Positions 51,023 through 64,000 of a DNA stretch of 64,000 nt are shown in pieces; the first letter of the stretch is position 1; every line of letters begins with the position of its first letter. A program made the translations under genes and the position numbers. This stretch comes from Callorhinchus milii (lineage: Eukaryota). The stretch lies in NCBI RefSeq assembly GCF_018977255.1, contig NW_024704743.1, forward strand, positions 63,490,001-63,554,000, written 5' to 3'. A model generated the notes under the pieces. That model saw only the letters and a list, made by a program, of their open reading frames with translations, searched no databases and had not been told where the DNA came from.

Positions 51023-51829
51023 CTAAAGAAAAACAAAATAAATTCACACAAAATGACAATGTATTCCATTATGTCTGCTCTCTAAATATCACAGAAACAT
51101 TTGAAAAATTGTGAAACTGGGGTGGAAGAAGCACTCATTTGGAAAATGGCTGTGCAAATGGTACACCAGGAAGAGTATCTTGAATGTAAACTGCATTTCC
51201 TCCAGGGAACGGCAAGTAAATCAGGCTGACCTGTGAGAACTTGGCTCTGACCTGAGACTGCCTCTGAGACAAGTTCTTGTACCTCAGTGGAATGAATACA
51301 GGGACATCACAACAATTAGCCAGGACATATATATACACACACTCTTGGGATCACTTTATGTCCTCAAGCCCTTTTTTGGCACCAAAACATCTGTATTCCT
51401 GCTTTCAATCCCATGATTTTTAACATTGGCTTTGAAGGCATTTCTCTCATTATCATAGGTACAACATTTTAAAGATCGTGACTACTCCTATTGTAACTGG
51501 GCAAATTGTTCATTTGAACACAGCAAATAAATCTTTATGATGAAAGCAATTTAGCTACTTTATTCCAACATCATACATTTCCTTTAAATACTATGCATCA
51601 AAAAGAATCTGAGGGTAGGGGCAAAGTTAACTGAATAGCCTTTTAATAGCTTTGAATCTCAGTCCTATGTTATTGCAGGATTCCAAAGGTCATTTAGCCT
51701 CCAGTTATGACACCTGGATTAAAGTGACGCATTAATCTATAAAAAGTTCTAGATAATTGGCTTTTGCGGCGGTGGTGGGGGGGTGGAGAAAAAAGGGAGA
51801 GGGAGGTTAATTATTGCGATATTCATGAT

Positions 51830-52560
51830 ATCTGAACCCATTTTCCAACAAGCAGCATACTGTATTGTGTGAAAGTTTCAATTTCCAATCATGTAAGTCA
51901 ACTGCCCCACATTTTTGAACCCCATACCCGTGTCTTGACCCATTCAGCTTTCGCCACACCTCCACAACATTGGCCGTTTCTGCCACTACCTTTCCCCTTG
52001 GGTGGCTGAGACCCTCATCCATTTATTAGGTGCAGGATACACTCTGCTCCACGGACTTCACAACACTTCCCTTCACAAGCTGAATACCATTCTCCCACAC
52101 TACGCTCCACGATCTGATCACCCCCATCCTCTCCCTGGCTCCCCATTCCCCAGAGGATCAAGCTACTGAATCTTGTACTAGCTTTTAAATTCCTCTACAG
52201 TCTTAACCCACCTTACCTGTGTGACCTTCTAAAACCTTACCAACCCACCCATACCCTCTGCTTGGCAGATTCTGGCCTGCTTCATATTCCCAACCCCATC
52301 ATTGACGGTTAGGCCTTCAGCCTTTCTGCCCCCACTCTTTGGAACTCCGACCAGGAGTCCTTCGCCTCACCCCTCCCCTCGCCTTCTTCAAGGTCGGTCT
52401 TCCTCTTTGACCCCGCCTTCGGTTATCCTCCCATCCCCGCTCCCCTTCACCCCTCCCAAATCCAACCGCCAGCTCGAGTGCAAACCCTCATCTGTCCAGC
52501 CCCTTGGGATGTCCTCCTGACTTGAAAGGCTCTACATAAATGCAAATTTTTGTTATTGTT
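51830..52560 (+). mobile_element. Degraded L2 3' fragment
   Basis: Similar to 35314-36050; L2 tail present. Confidence 0.75.
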
Positions 52561-55500
52561 ACGTTGCATAGTTGAAATTTAAGCAATTACTGGGCAATCA
52601 AATCAGGAATGAACCAGATCATCCACATAACTTTGGCCGCTTGTTCAATCGAGACCTTGTGAAACTAGATTCAAAACAGTATAGAACCTCTGCTTGTGTT
52701 TTGTTTGTGATTCTGAACAAGATTGTGATTCAGATAAAATACATATTTACAGCAGCATATCCCAAGGATGTCCAGGATATGCACCTGAGCTGGGGGACAA
52801 ATGGGGAAACATGGCTGATTTTTCATCTTGGTCAAAGAGAAAGGGTCAAGTCTAAAGAACCATCAGGATGGGATAGGTGTAATTTTTGTTTCCTGGAGGA
52901 TCACAACATGCAAGAAACTCAATAGTGGAGCAAGGGGTTAGAAGCAAGCAGACAAGGTCGCTATCCAGGCAGAAATCATTTGCAGGTGAAGTATGAACCA
53001 CCTTGATCTATATAAAAATCAGTTAATGAAGAGGTTTAAATTGGCAGTTCGGTTGTCCAAAATGTATGAATAGATGGCTTGAGATGGAAACATTGCTTTA
53101 GTCAAACCCATCACCTGTGCTCGTGAATATCACAGTTGCCTTGAAAGTATTTTGCAACTGTACCCCTCCAAGAGATTAGGCTGTTGTTCACAGCACAGTG
53201 TCCAATTATATTCAGGAAGCAATTGAGGCTCTTCACAGTGAATTTGTCACAATTGATTCATTTCCTCCCAAAATAATAATACAAGTCAAAGCTGTATAAA
53301 TTCCATGTTACTGCAGGAATCTAGAAAAGTCAGTGTTCTTGACTTTACAGATGGAGAAATAGGCATCGTCTGATAATCCAAATGTGAGGGATTCCTCACA
53401 CTGTAACATACAGTCACTACACTTTACAGTACATCCTGTGAAGCACTTTGAGACATTCTCCAGACGTGAAAGGTGCTATAACAAATGCAAGGATTATAAT
53501 TAAATTCACGCAGATGGTCTTGTCATGCACAGAATTTCAGTTTGTTGATGACCGCAAAATTCCTTCCATCAACTGATGATTCATCCATGTTTGTTTGAAA
53601 GTTAATTTGTACACAGGCCATATACTGAAATCCTGACTGATATTACAGATGCAAAACCCATGAAAAATGGAGTAAAACTGTAATCAGGCAATTAGGCCAT
53701 AAGGTCAACTGTAAAATATATTTATGGAACAGAGCTGAAATATCTGATGCATCTTAAGTTTATACAAATGTAATGTTGTTGTTGTTATTGTTCAGTGGTC
53801 CCTTATTACACCAGCCATTCCATGCATGCAAAAATCTTAGTGTGTGCTGCAAATTACAAAAGATAGTGATAAGAGGAATGTTCATCTTAAAATTAACAAG
53901 AATTCCAACAGTTTACCCTGGAGAGTGAGATTTCCTAGTACTGTTTGATGATGTGTGAATCAATGCAACTGAAAAACGCTTCCCAAAAAGTAAATTTCAT
54001 GCAAGTGCCATAATGCTCTTTAACAGTGTATTGAAATAACATTATTCATAATGATATTTTTGAATTATGGTTTATGACATGATTAAAGAGCTATATGGGA
54101 TCTTTCCAAACTGCTGCAATTTTCAATTATTACTATTATATAACTACCTGTCAGAAAGAGAAATACACATTGTGGTTTGAGGTGTTAGGAGAAGTTATAA
54201 CTGAAGCAAATAATCAAGAGTTAGCTAGATTATCCATGGGGCTTTAGCTTTCTGGCACATGTGGCATTAGATCTAATGCCTCTGCCCTGTGTCCATACTG
54301 CTACAGGGAGGTAACCTTATGACCTTAAACATTTTCCGGTAACGTATACTAGAAAATTAAGAAATCACTCAGAGCAATATTAGATGAACAGATAAGCATT
54401 TGGTTTTGTTGAGTGTGGACAATAAAGGTAGAAGCAGCGATGATACAAACAAAAACAATGTGTCCTGATGTTGGATGGGGGGGATAAACATCTATTTGAT
54501 TTTCTTTTATTGTCACAAGAACTGAGACATCAATGACAAATTGCTGGCATTATATCACAATGTTCATTTTCGAGTGGTTTTCATATACACAAGGCAATTA
54601 CTCTACTATGCACACAACACTCTCATGTGTTAGGAATCATTCCCGAACAGCTGACTATATTCCCTTTGTAAGAACTGCAATCCTCATCTCAGAATTGACC
54701 GAGGCCCAAAACCAATAGAAAGGATTAAGTATCCTTGCCTTTGATACATCCTCATGTTCATATAACAATCCTTTTCATTGGTACGTAATTACATAAATAA
54801 GGACATTAACCAATGTTTTGTTAGTCCAACCTGTATTTTAGACTCTAGTATGTCATTTACCATATGGGCGACAGTGGTTTGTGTACTGGTAATGAAGTAT
54901 ATGAATGGAATTTGAGCAGGTATCTATCGCTCCAACTTCAAAATATTCATATTCTCACATGTAAAGTACAACCTTATGTTGATAAATAACTGTTTGTACC
55001 CTTTAATAAAATATTTGACTCATCTTTTTGATACAGCACCTTATCACATCTTCGAGACGTCTCAAAGAGCTTCACAGAATATACTGTAAAGTAGCACATT
55101 CAAACTTAATGAAATATCAAGTGTTCAGCACACAGAATAGGATGACAAGCTTACCAGTTCATTCCTACCTCAAGATCGCTAACCGCTGCAGAAATTCAAA
55201 GGGTAAACCTCTCTTCTGAAACAGTTTACATTGTCCTCTTGGTTCTGAGGCTCCTGAACCAGCTCCAATTTCAATTCAACCACTGAAAGACGCTTTTGAC
55301 TTTCCTACTCTTTTTATATGACTGAAATGTTCTCAGGATGTGCCTCAAGGATTTTTTGTGTTGTTGATAATAGTATTACTCGCCAAGCAATTGTTTCCTA
55401 CGCTTCCAATGTGAATTTAGGATTGTGCATCAACTCTGCTGCCAGCATATCAAATTCCTTTACTGTAAATATTGGCTTCTTCATGCTTTATAGAATTTTT

Positions 55501-56139
55501 TTGCATAATTTTCCAAACAAATTTTTGGTATAAAAAATCTACCTGTAACTCTATGGGGTGATGGGGGGAGGTGTCAAAGGTCTAAGTTTGCAGTGATTAT
55601 AATAATTAAGTTTGATTGTTGGATTGTTGAATATCCCATTTTTCTAATGATGGAAAGCATTTTCCCCCATGGAAATTGTTGGTATTGTGGGAGTGAATAT
55701 TTTGGCAGACATCAGATTATTTTCCCCTCATAACTAGCTGAAAATGTTCCTTTTCAAGGCATTTTTCATTGGCAACCGAGAAAACAACTCATTATGTCCA
55801 TCCAATTTTCTTAAGCTTTTAAATCAGGTATGTAAAACCGATGTTGTTGAATTGAAACATAACTATCATACATCTGTAAAAAGGCTACCACAAGACAGCT
55901 AATGTATTTGATGTATTTAGTAAACATTTTGCCTTTCTTCTATCAAGTACGTTTGCAGCAGATAAATACAATAAAGTCTGTATGTATTTTAGATGAATTG
56001 CTTTGTGGGAACAATGGGTTGATTTTGAAATATAAAGAACTTTTCCAATTTTGTCTTCACTTTCCATTTATTTAGACTATTTATCTGTTGCTTATTTAGC
56101 TCCATCGCATGATAATTTCTCTCCTGTTATTCATCCATT

Positions 56140-56340
56140 TCGCTTTAATCAGGGTAATAATCCCTCAAAAAAAATGTGGTCACTCAATCCACAACTGTTT
56201 GTGGGACGTTACTATGTGTCTGCCGCATTTTGTTCACAAAATACAGTCAATTCACTTTACAATATATTCTGTGAAGCGCTTTGAGACGTCTCAACAACGT
56301 GATAAGGCACAATATCAAATGCAAGGATTATTCTTATTCT
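56140..56340 (+). mobile_element. Deu-SINE body
   Basis: Deu core and tail. Confidence 0.85.
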
Positions 56341-57199
56341 TATAGAAACCACTTTCCTTTCAAGCAGTGCTTCTCAATCAATTTTTGCTCAATGCCTAGC
56401 TCGCATGCCACATTCACGAGTTTCCTAAGACTGTGCACAGCAGTGATGAGGTAGAGATCTGGTTCTGTGATTTTTGGTTTCAATAGGGTTATTGTGGGCA
56501 GCTCCAAAGTGGAACCCTAGAGGAACAGAAAAAACCCATAGGATCCTTTGAGCCCTTGGATTTCCAACATAAAGGCTGGAATACGGCTACCACAAGATCA
56601 CAAAATGTCTGGATGAAGAAGGCTCGTTAGCCCATCCCGTTCCTCCAGAACACCCACCCTATCATTCTTCCATAACTATATAAAGTTACCTTCCTGGCAA
56701 CCTTTTCCAATCATTCATTACCCTCTGCCTATCAATCCTTGGTAGCTGTCCTGAAATTGCCCTTTAAAACTCTAAACCAATGTTCTCTTGTTCTACTGTC
56801 TTTATACATTCTAAAATATTGATCTGGGTTTATTTTTTCAATGTAATTAAAATTTTGTATAGCTCTATGTCCCCTCTAAGTCGTCTTCTCTCAAAATTGC
56901 AGAGCTCTAGCTTATCTTACCATTGCTCATAGCTCATTCCTCTAAGATTGGGATGAACCTCACTTCAATCTCACGCACTGCGTCTAGGGCTTGGGCAACC
57001 CCTTATGGCTCTACTTCTTGTTTTCTCTCTTTGAGGACAGCAGTGCTGAATCCCAGCTCAGTCAATATGCTACAGCTGGGTCAAACGCAAACAAAACCCA
57101 AAGAGTGTAACATCTACTGAGTCTCAAAGGCAAAGAGCAGTGAAGCTGCAAATGGATTCTGGGTTATATTGTGAGTACCACTCTATAAAGGGCAGAGTT

Positions 57200-57550
57200 T
57201 ATAGGTTCAATAACAACTTTCAGAAGGGAATTAGATAGGTACTTGAAAAGGAAAAAATTAAGGTATGGGGAAAAAGCGGGGGAGTGGGACTGAATAGGTA
57301 GCTCTTCCAAAGAGCCGGCACAGGCATGATAGGCTGAATGGCCTCCTTCTGTGCTGTAATATTCTATGATTCGCATTTGATATTGTGCCTTATCATGTTG
57401 TTAAGACGTCTCAAAGCGCTTCACAGGATATACTGTAAAGTGGACTGACTGTATATTTTGTGGGTGAAATGCAGCAGCCAGAGGCGCACAGCAATGTCCC
57501 ACAAACAGTCATGGAGTGAGTCACCAATTTTATTTGGGGGATTGTTGACC
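57200..57550. mobile_element. CR1 3' end (+, 57200-57372) tail-to-tail with a Deu-SINE (-, 57373-57550)
   Basis: CR1 tail gaatggcctccttctgtgctgtaatattctatgatt followed by reverse-strand SINE tail and core. Confidence 0.85.
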
Positions 57551-57616
57551 AGGATAGCTTTATGTTTCAATTTGCAGTCTGTAGTAAACTGAAACTGTCC
57601 ATACATAAATATGACT

Positions 57617-57640
57617 CACACACACACACACACACACACA
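57617..57640. repeat. (CA)n microsatellite
   Basis: Direct reading. Confidence 0.95.
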
Positions 57641-58489
57641 GAGTTAAACAGCTATGCATTGAATAGGCACATTGAATAGGATTGCTATTGTCATGGTAAT
57701 AATTAACTGGACCATGGTCAATGATATCTAGATGTAGTTTAACGCATGTGCATTCGGTGCCATAAAATTGATAAGGTACAACCAGATACCAGACATTAAT
57801 GCGTTTACAGAGAGGGCAGTCAACACTTCTACTTGTTAAAATAGACTAGTTTTTAGATGCTCCACACCACTAGTAATGGAACTGAGAGCAAAACAAAGTC
57901 TTCATTCTCATATATACCTACCACACTAAAGACTCATACACTACACAATGTTCAGTTCCTGAAGAAAATATTAAAGAGGGAGGTAGAAAAGATCCTCTTG
58001 CTTTCAAAGGAAGGCATTGATGTGGTTTGTACTTTGGTCTCAATAAACTCAGACAGTCTCATGAGACTGAATTGCAGATCCCCAACTGCTGGTTTTGTAA
58101 TACTATCTTCAAAACAAGTACTTGTTCATTTTAATCTATTTTAATCTTTAACCTATTATGTTCTTTCACCTCCAAACAATTTAACCTATTTTATTTTTGT
58201 TAATACAAACCTGTCAACATATATTTTTGGCACAAAACAAAATCAATGCAAATATATTGTATTAGGAACCAAAAGCCAATATAAGGTCTATTTTTAAGGA
58301 ATACTGAAGACATTTACAAAACGGTACAGTGTGTAAATGTGCAAAGGGATATTGCAATAGTATCTAAAGGAGATTCTCTGGGACACATCACTGATCCAGA
58401 TGAAAAAAATCAATGTTAAAATGTGTTATGTCTTGTGATTGCTATTATTTTCTTTTCTGATTGGTAAAATGATAGTTGCTCTAAAACAT

Positions 58490-58715
58490 AGTTGGTTTCT
58501 AGGAAGAAATTCTTTACACAGAGAGTGGTGAGATTACAAAATGCATTGGTGGACGCTAAAGCAAAAAACAATGAAGTATTTATGAAGAAATTTGACGCAT
58601 ACCTGAAGTAGGTATCAGAGGAGTATATGAGGAGTGGGAGCTTGCGTGGAATATAAACACCATCACAAAATGGTTGGGCTGAATGGCCAATTTCCATGCT
58701 GGATCATTCTATGCA
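58490..58715 (+). mobile_element. Degraded CR1 3' fragment
   Basis: aggaagaaattctttacacagagagtggtgag (RKKFFTQRVV) ... ggttgggctgaatggcc. Confidence 0.7.
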
Positions 58716-59146
58716 TTTTAATGGTCATGTAACTGCTACATTTCAGACTCAGGTGTCTTCCTCCAATCCATACTTTCCTTTCAGCCCAAGGTGCTTAGAG
58801 GGAAAGTCCAGCTCATATCAACTCGTATAAAAGTCAATTTCAATTCCTTGTGGACTGTATATTAAACAGATTAAAGTATACTTCCCTTGAATTATGATTA
58901 AACCCAGAAGGTTCTGGTCTGAAGTCTGGTGCTCATTCTAAATGAGCTATGCACTGTGACAAGTGTAAAAAGGGGAGGGAAAGGAAATTTGCAATTAAAT
59001 AAAAAGTGCAGCATATGTATAAAATATCTCAAAAAAGAGTGCCACTGATAAGAATGTATTAATTTATTGTGGTTCTTTTCTCCCCCCTTTGTTCTATAGA
59101 ATTGAATTCTTATCCGATGGTCTTATAACGGTATTAACTACCTTAC

Positions 59147-59241
59147 TATTGCTAGAAGTGTCATTTTTCATTTTAAAACCATCAGTTAAACCAGTGCTGT
59201 TCAATACTTGTTCTCTTTGCCCTGTCCCGTCCTCTAAATAC
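59147..59241 (-). CDS. Candidate upstream exon (YLEDGTGQREQVLNSTGLTDGFKMKNDTSSN)
   Basis: Donor A|gtaagg gives phase 1, matching the 51022 exon; acceptor ctggcattgcag has a poor pyrimidine tract. Confidence 0.35.
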
Positions 59242-62200
59242 CTGCAATGCCAGAATCTCATGCTTTTAAAAGACAGCTTCAAGGCCAAAGTAAAATGATC
59301 AGTCAGCAAGGTCAGCGATAACAACCCTTAATATCCTCACCAGTCTTTGCACTGATTTAATCCCATTTTTACTGAACTCATCTCAAAAATGCTCCAAGGG
59401 AGAATTTTAATGGAAGAAAAATCTGAAAATGTCAGGACCATTGTTGGGAAAACTACTGCAGAAATATACCTTTACTAAGTGAAAGCTCTAAGTGGTGGTA
59501 ACTGGCACAGTTTAGGGCAAAACATTTTTTGACAGGGTGAACAACAAAACACAGAAGATCACAACACCTGCAAAATCAATTTCAAAAAAAGTTTGCATGC
59601 ACATCATTGATTTCAATCCTTTTGTATTCTAGTATTATATGCAGACCTGTTTGAAAGAGTAAAGAGATTAAAGAGATGTATCTCGTTGACCATGCTTTCT
59701 ATCATCATTCAGCAATGTCTGGTGCTTTAAGGTGTCCTCCTGAATGTGCCATGCTTTTAAAAGACCGTCCTAGCCCAGGGATGCAGAGTAATTGCAGCAC
59801 CTTAACCATGACCTGGCAGAGATCAGCTAACGTAGCACAGACAATACACCAAAGCTGAGTCTCTTTGATTCAGTCCCACATCACAAGGGGAATTCCCTCA
59901 CTGATCTTTTGGGAGACTAAATATGATTTTTTCCACTTAAGGTAGGATGTTTATTTGTGACGTTTCTGGTATATCTGCCTCAATCCCTCCGCCTTATCCC
60001 CTCTTTACCAGTATTCAAATCGCATCTGAAGGCTGTCCTCTTTGACCGTGTCTATGGACACCTCCCCTTTCTCACTGGCTCAGCATCAACTCTGTCATTG
60101 GTGAGCATTCTGAGATGCTACCCATCTTGAAAGGCACTACATAAATGCAAGTTGTTGTATCTGGCAGATGACAGCAACCACTGCTGGGGCTGCAATTAAC
60201 ACGAGCCAAAAGCAGCGTGTTAACTTCTACCTGCTAATTCCTCAGAGAATAATTATAGTAACAAACAATAGCTAGATTGGAATGAGTTACAAACTACATG
60301 ACTGAGGAATTCAGATAATGTTATAAATTATAAAAGCAAAGCACAAGTGATTTACAAAGTCACAAAAGAGGATGCAAGTATCTAGTCACCGATTTGCATA
60401 TGTTTGATATTTAATAATCTTTTTATGATTAAAACCCTAAAATACATGTCAATATAATCTAAGTAACTGAAACCTAAAAGGTTGAAATCGTCAATTGGTA
60501 GAATCCATATTATGATATCTCTGAGAGAAAATTACAAGTATTATTATACATAAATGTCAGTTTCCCAATCATGTGACTGAAAAAATATTACTTTCAATTT
60601 TAAAAGTTACCTACTTCATTGAGAGTTTTATAATAATTGTGTTACAACTTGAGTAATGGATTGTGGAAGTCTCAAGTCGGTTTCTATTCAAAAACAATTT
60701 CTACAATCTTTTTTTTTAAAAAGTGCTGCACACCACAAATGGAATTTCAGACATTTTAATAGCTGGTTCAATAACTTGAAATGGATATATAACAAGCGGA
60801 ATAGATGATGAGCAATTGTAGTGAAACAACTGTTTAAGGATATCGGCATTGGCAAGGCCAGGCAAAGGATAAAGAGAGTGCAAATGAGGATTTCATGCGC
60901 CAGAACATGTGCGAAAAACAGCTCAATGCATTCAACTGTAATAACATGAAGAGCAAACAGGAAATAAAAGCAACATTAAGGAAATAATGGGGATACAAAG
61001 CAAAATTATGAAGAAACAGCACAAAGGTAATTCACTAAATAATACTGGTGGGTATGGGAAAAGAGTAGGGAAATGGTATCTGGGTCAATCGAATGGGGTT
61101 CAGAGTTAGACCAGCACCAGCACAACCATGATCACTTCTATGCTGCAAACATTCAATGATTTTATGAACTGTGAACAAAGTTCAAGCAGACAGCAAATAA
61201 ATAAATATCCCTTAAAGATTACAAAGACTTAAAATATTACTTAATGATTATTTAGACAGTAAAGATTTACTCCAATATTAATATACATGAAATAGTAAGG
61301 AGGAACAGAAGGGTAAGGGAGAAGTTTGGATTAGGATGGATGGAGACTTATGAAGTATAAACACTGGCATGGAATCAGGCTGAACGGCCTGTTTTGTTGT
61401 AGATTTAATGAAGAAAGGAAGGACAAATTGGATTTGTTTTTATTTGCATCTCCATGAATTACCACCCTTCACAAGTCAACAGAGCGGACAAGCAAGCAAA
61501 CACTCCCAGCTCTTTATAGTTAGTTTCTGATATGTTCAAGAATGGCTGCAGCTGATATCATAGAATCATAGAATTATACAGCACAGAAGGAGGCCATTCG
61601 GCCCATTGTCTCTGTGCCGGCTCTTTGATCACTAAATTTCCCTCTCTCAGAGCACTAACCTCTGCTCATTATCTACCTAGATGCATGGCAGAGATCAGAA
61701 GTTCCCATGTGGTTCCATTAATTTTATTAATCTGACAAGCTCAAATATATTGCAACTAATATTAACACATTCATTAAAACCAATATTCTCAATTTTATCA
61801 TTTAATCTGCATTTTTAAAAGGCACATATTGTAAATATTTTAAAACTAAAGCTAATTACATTTGTAATCCTTTTGGATTAAGTGTTGTCTTCCCTTGTGT
61901 GATTATAAACTAAATTGAGTGAATAATCATCAGTGAAGGGAAATATTAATTTTAACATAGAGCTGAGATCTTTGAAATATGGACACAAAGAAAGAGAAAA
62001 GCCATATCTGTCAAACAAACAAAGAAAACATAAAATAAATGTAAATATCTACAGTGAATGCATCAGAAAGAGTAAATTAATGAGAAAAGTTCCATAAGGG
62101 TTGTACTTTGCAAACATGGAAAGACATTAGTTTGCAAACAAATTATCCTTGTGAACAGGCTAGAAAATAAATCCTACTTTATTAACCATTAGGGTATCAT

Positions 62201-62839
62201 AAATCCAGAATATTATGTTATTTCATGGACTGGCATTTTTGTTAAATGATGATTCATATGTATGATTGTTATAATACAGATATCATTACTGGAGATGTCA
62301 GGAATGACTGAACTGAACAGACCGCAGATTGTATAAAATAACAAATATGTGGCATGGACTCCAGTGGTGGGCAGGAGGGGTAGGGGAGAGAGAGAAGAAG
62401 GAAGGGAAGAATTCTAATCACTTCAGAAAATGGATCAGAACCAACTGCTTAGTAGAAAACTGAAGCTGTAGATTTAAAGCTATTTTAATTTTTATTTTTA
62501 CAAAAAGCTAATAAAAAGCTTTCAGAGTACTAGTGGGAGAAAGTGTTTTCCATTTATAAGACTTTATTCGATGAGCCATCAAACAAATAACAGCTAAATG
62601 GAATGTATGCGATGAAGCAAATTAATATTCTAGAGTAAGTCATTGGTCATAGGTGAGTAGTAAAATGCCTCTCTCATATCATATAGATTTGATTTTAAAA
62701 GCCATGATACTCCCCATCTTTGTTCCAATGTACAACAGCTGCTAGAACAAGTGAAGTATTCAATAGGAAATGTCAGTGAGGAGGAGGAAACTAAGATATG
62801 AAGCCCTAACAAATATTAAAAGACATCAGCTCAATAATC

Positions 62840-64000
62840 AGTGAGGGGGGGGAACGAGGGTGATCGAAGGCACAGTCGAAGAGGAAGGTCTTGAGGTGGA
62901 TTTTGAAGGAGGCAATGGAGGGAGCAAGGCGGAGGGACTGCGAGATGGAGTTCTAGAGGGTGGGGCAGAGTAACTGAAGGCTGGCCAGCCAATGGTGGGG
63001 CGGGCGAGACAGGGGACGTGAAACAGGCCCGAACCCATTGAGCGGAGGGAACGGGTAGGTCGGTAGGGGGTTAGGAGATCGCAGAGGAGGGCGGTGTAAG
63101 GCCATGGAGGGCTTTGAAGGTGAGGAACAGAATCTTGAACTGTATCCTCTGTGTGATGGAAAGTCAGTGGTGTCAGGCGAGGATGGTGGTGATAGGGTCA
63201 CAGAACCTAGTGTGGGAAAGGACACGGGCTGCAGAGATCTGGGTGATCCGCAGCCTATGGAGGGAGGAGTGAAGGAGGTCGACAAGCAGGGAGTTTGCAT
63301 AGTTGGATGTTATGAATGCGTGTATGAGGGTTTCGGCGGCCTGCGGTGTGAGACACTAACGGAGCTGGGGGAAAGCAGAGCGCGTCATGGCACAGATGTG
63401 GGGTACAAAGGATAGTTGAGGGTCAAACAATATGCTAAGGTTCCAGATTGGCTCAGTAAGGTGGAATGTGCATCCTTGGATGGTGATGTTGTCAGTGCCT
63501 GAGGTGTGGAGACACTGACGGGAGCCAATTAGGAGAACCTCGGTCTTGTTGACGTTCAACTGAAGAAAGTTAGCTCTCATTCAGGAGTTGATGTCTGACA
63601 GACAATCGGTCAGAAAAGCAGTGGTCCTCGAGTCAAGAGTGGAGGCAAAGAGATATGGAGTTGATGCGGATGATGTCACCAAGAGGAAGCATATAGATAT
63701 TGAAGAGGAGGAGACAGAGCCCTGAGGAACGCCGAACAAGACGGTGTGGGGGCTAGAGGAGGAACCGTTTGTGGCGATGAAGTGGAGACGGTGTGAAATA
63801 TAGGATCTGATCCATTCAAGGTCAACGGTATCAAAGACAGCAGAGAGGTCAAGGAGGACAAGGAGGCAGAGGGAGCCCTGGTCACAGATGGACAAAATGT
63901 CACTTTGATCAAAGCTGTTTCTGTGCTGTGGGCGGCACGGAAACCCGATTGGAGAGATTCGTGAAGGGAGTGACGGGAGAGGAAGGAGTGAAGCTGGGAA
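62840..64000 (-). mobile_element. L2 LINE fragment running off the window end
   Basis: [41 protein letters not shown]. Confidence 0.92.

Noticed and set aside
55200..55540. Protein-like minus-strand stretch with several stops (possible pseudogene)
   Set aside because: No recognisable homology; cannot be supported without a search
56365..56380. hAT/Charlie-like TIR start CAGTGCTTCTCAA
   Set aside because: No matching right TIR or 8-bp TSD found nearby

Overview
Eukaryotic genomic DNA, not prokaryotic: AT-rich, dense in repeats, with spliced exons. The repeat inventory (L2 and CR1 LINE fragments, tRNA/Deu-domain SINEs, a Penelope-type palindrome) suggests a cartilaginous fish; this is an inference. 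A minus-strand multi-exon gene crosses most of the window. Eight exons between 51022 and 7140 have GT-AG boundaries and compatible phases, and there are weaker candidates on either side. They encode a Pro/Ser-rich, probably disordered protein region that I cannot name. One 560-nt exon contains nine 51/54-bp tandem repeats (a 17/18-aa PLHAVRPLTDPGKSS(S)VM unit). Most other ORFs in the supplied track are retroelement debris or chance ORFs. Notable non-coding structure: a palindromic Penelope-like element with two degenerate minimal hammerhead cores, several fold-back or template-switch duplications, a duplicated exon-like segment, and an unclassified 0.6-1 kb repeat family with at least 6 copies. 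Repeat boundaries are approximate and were read by eye.
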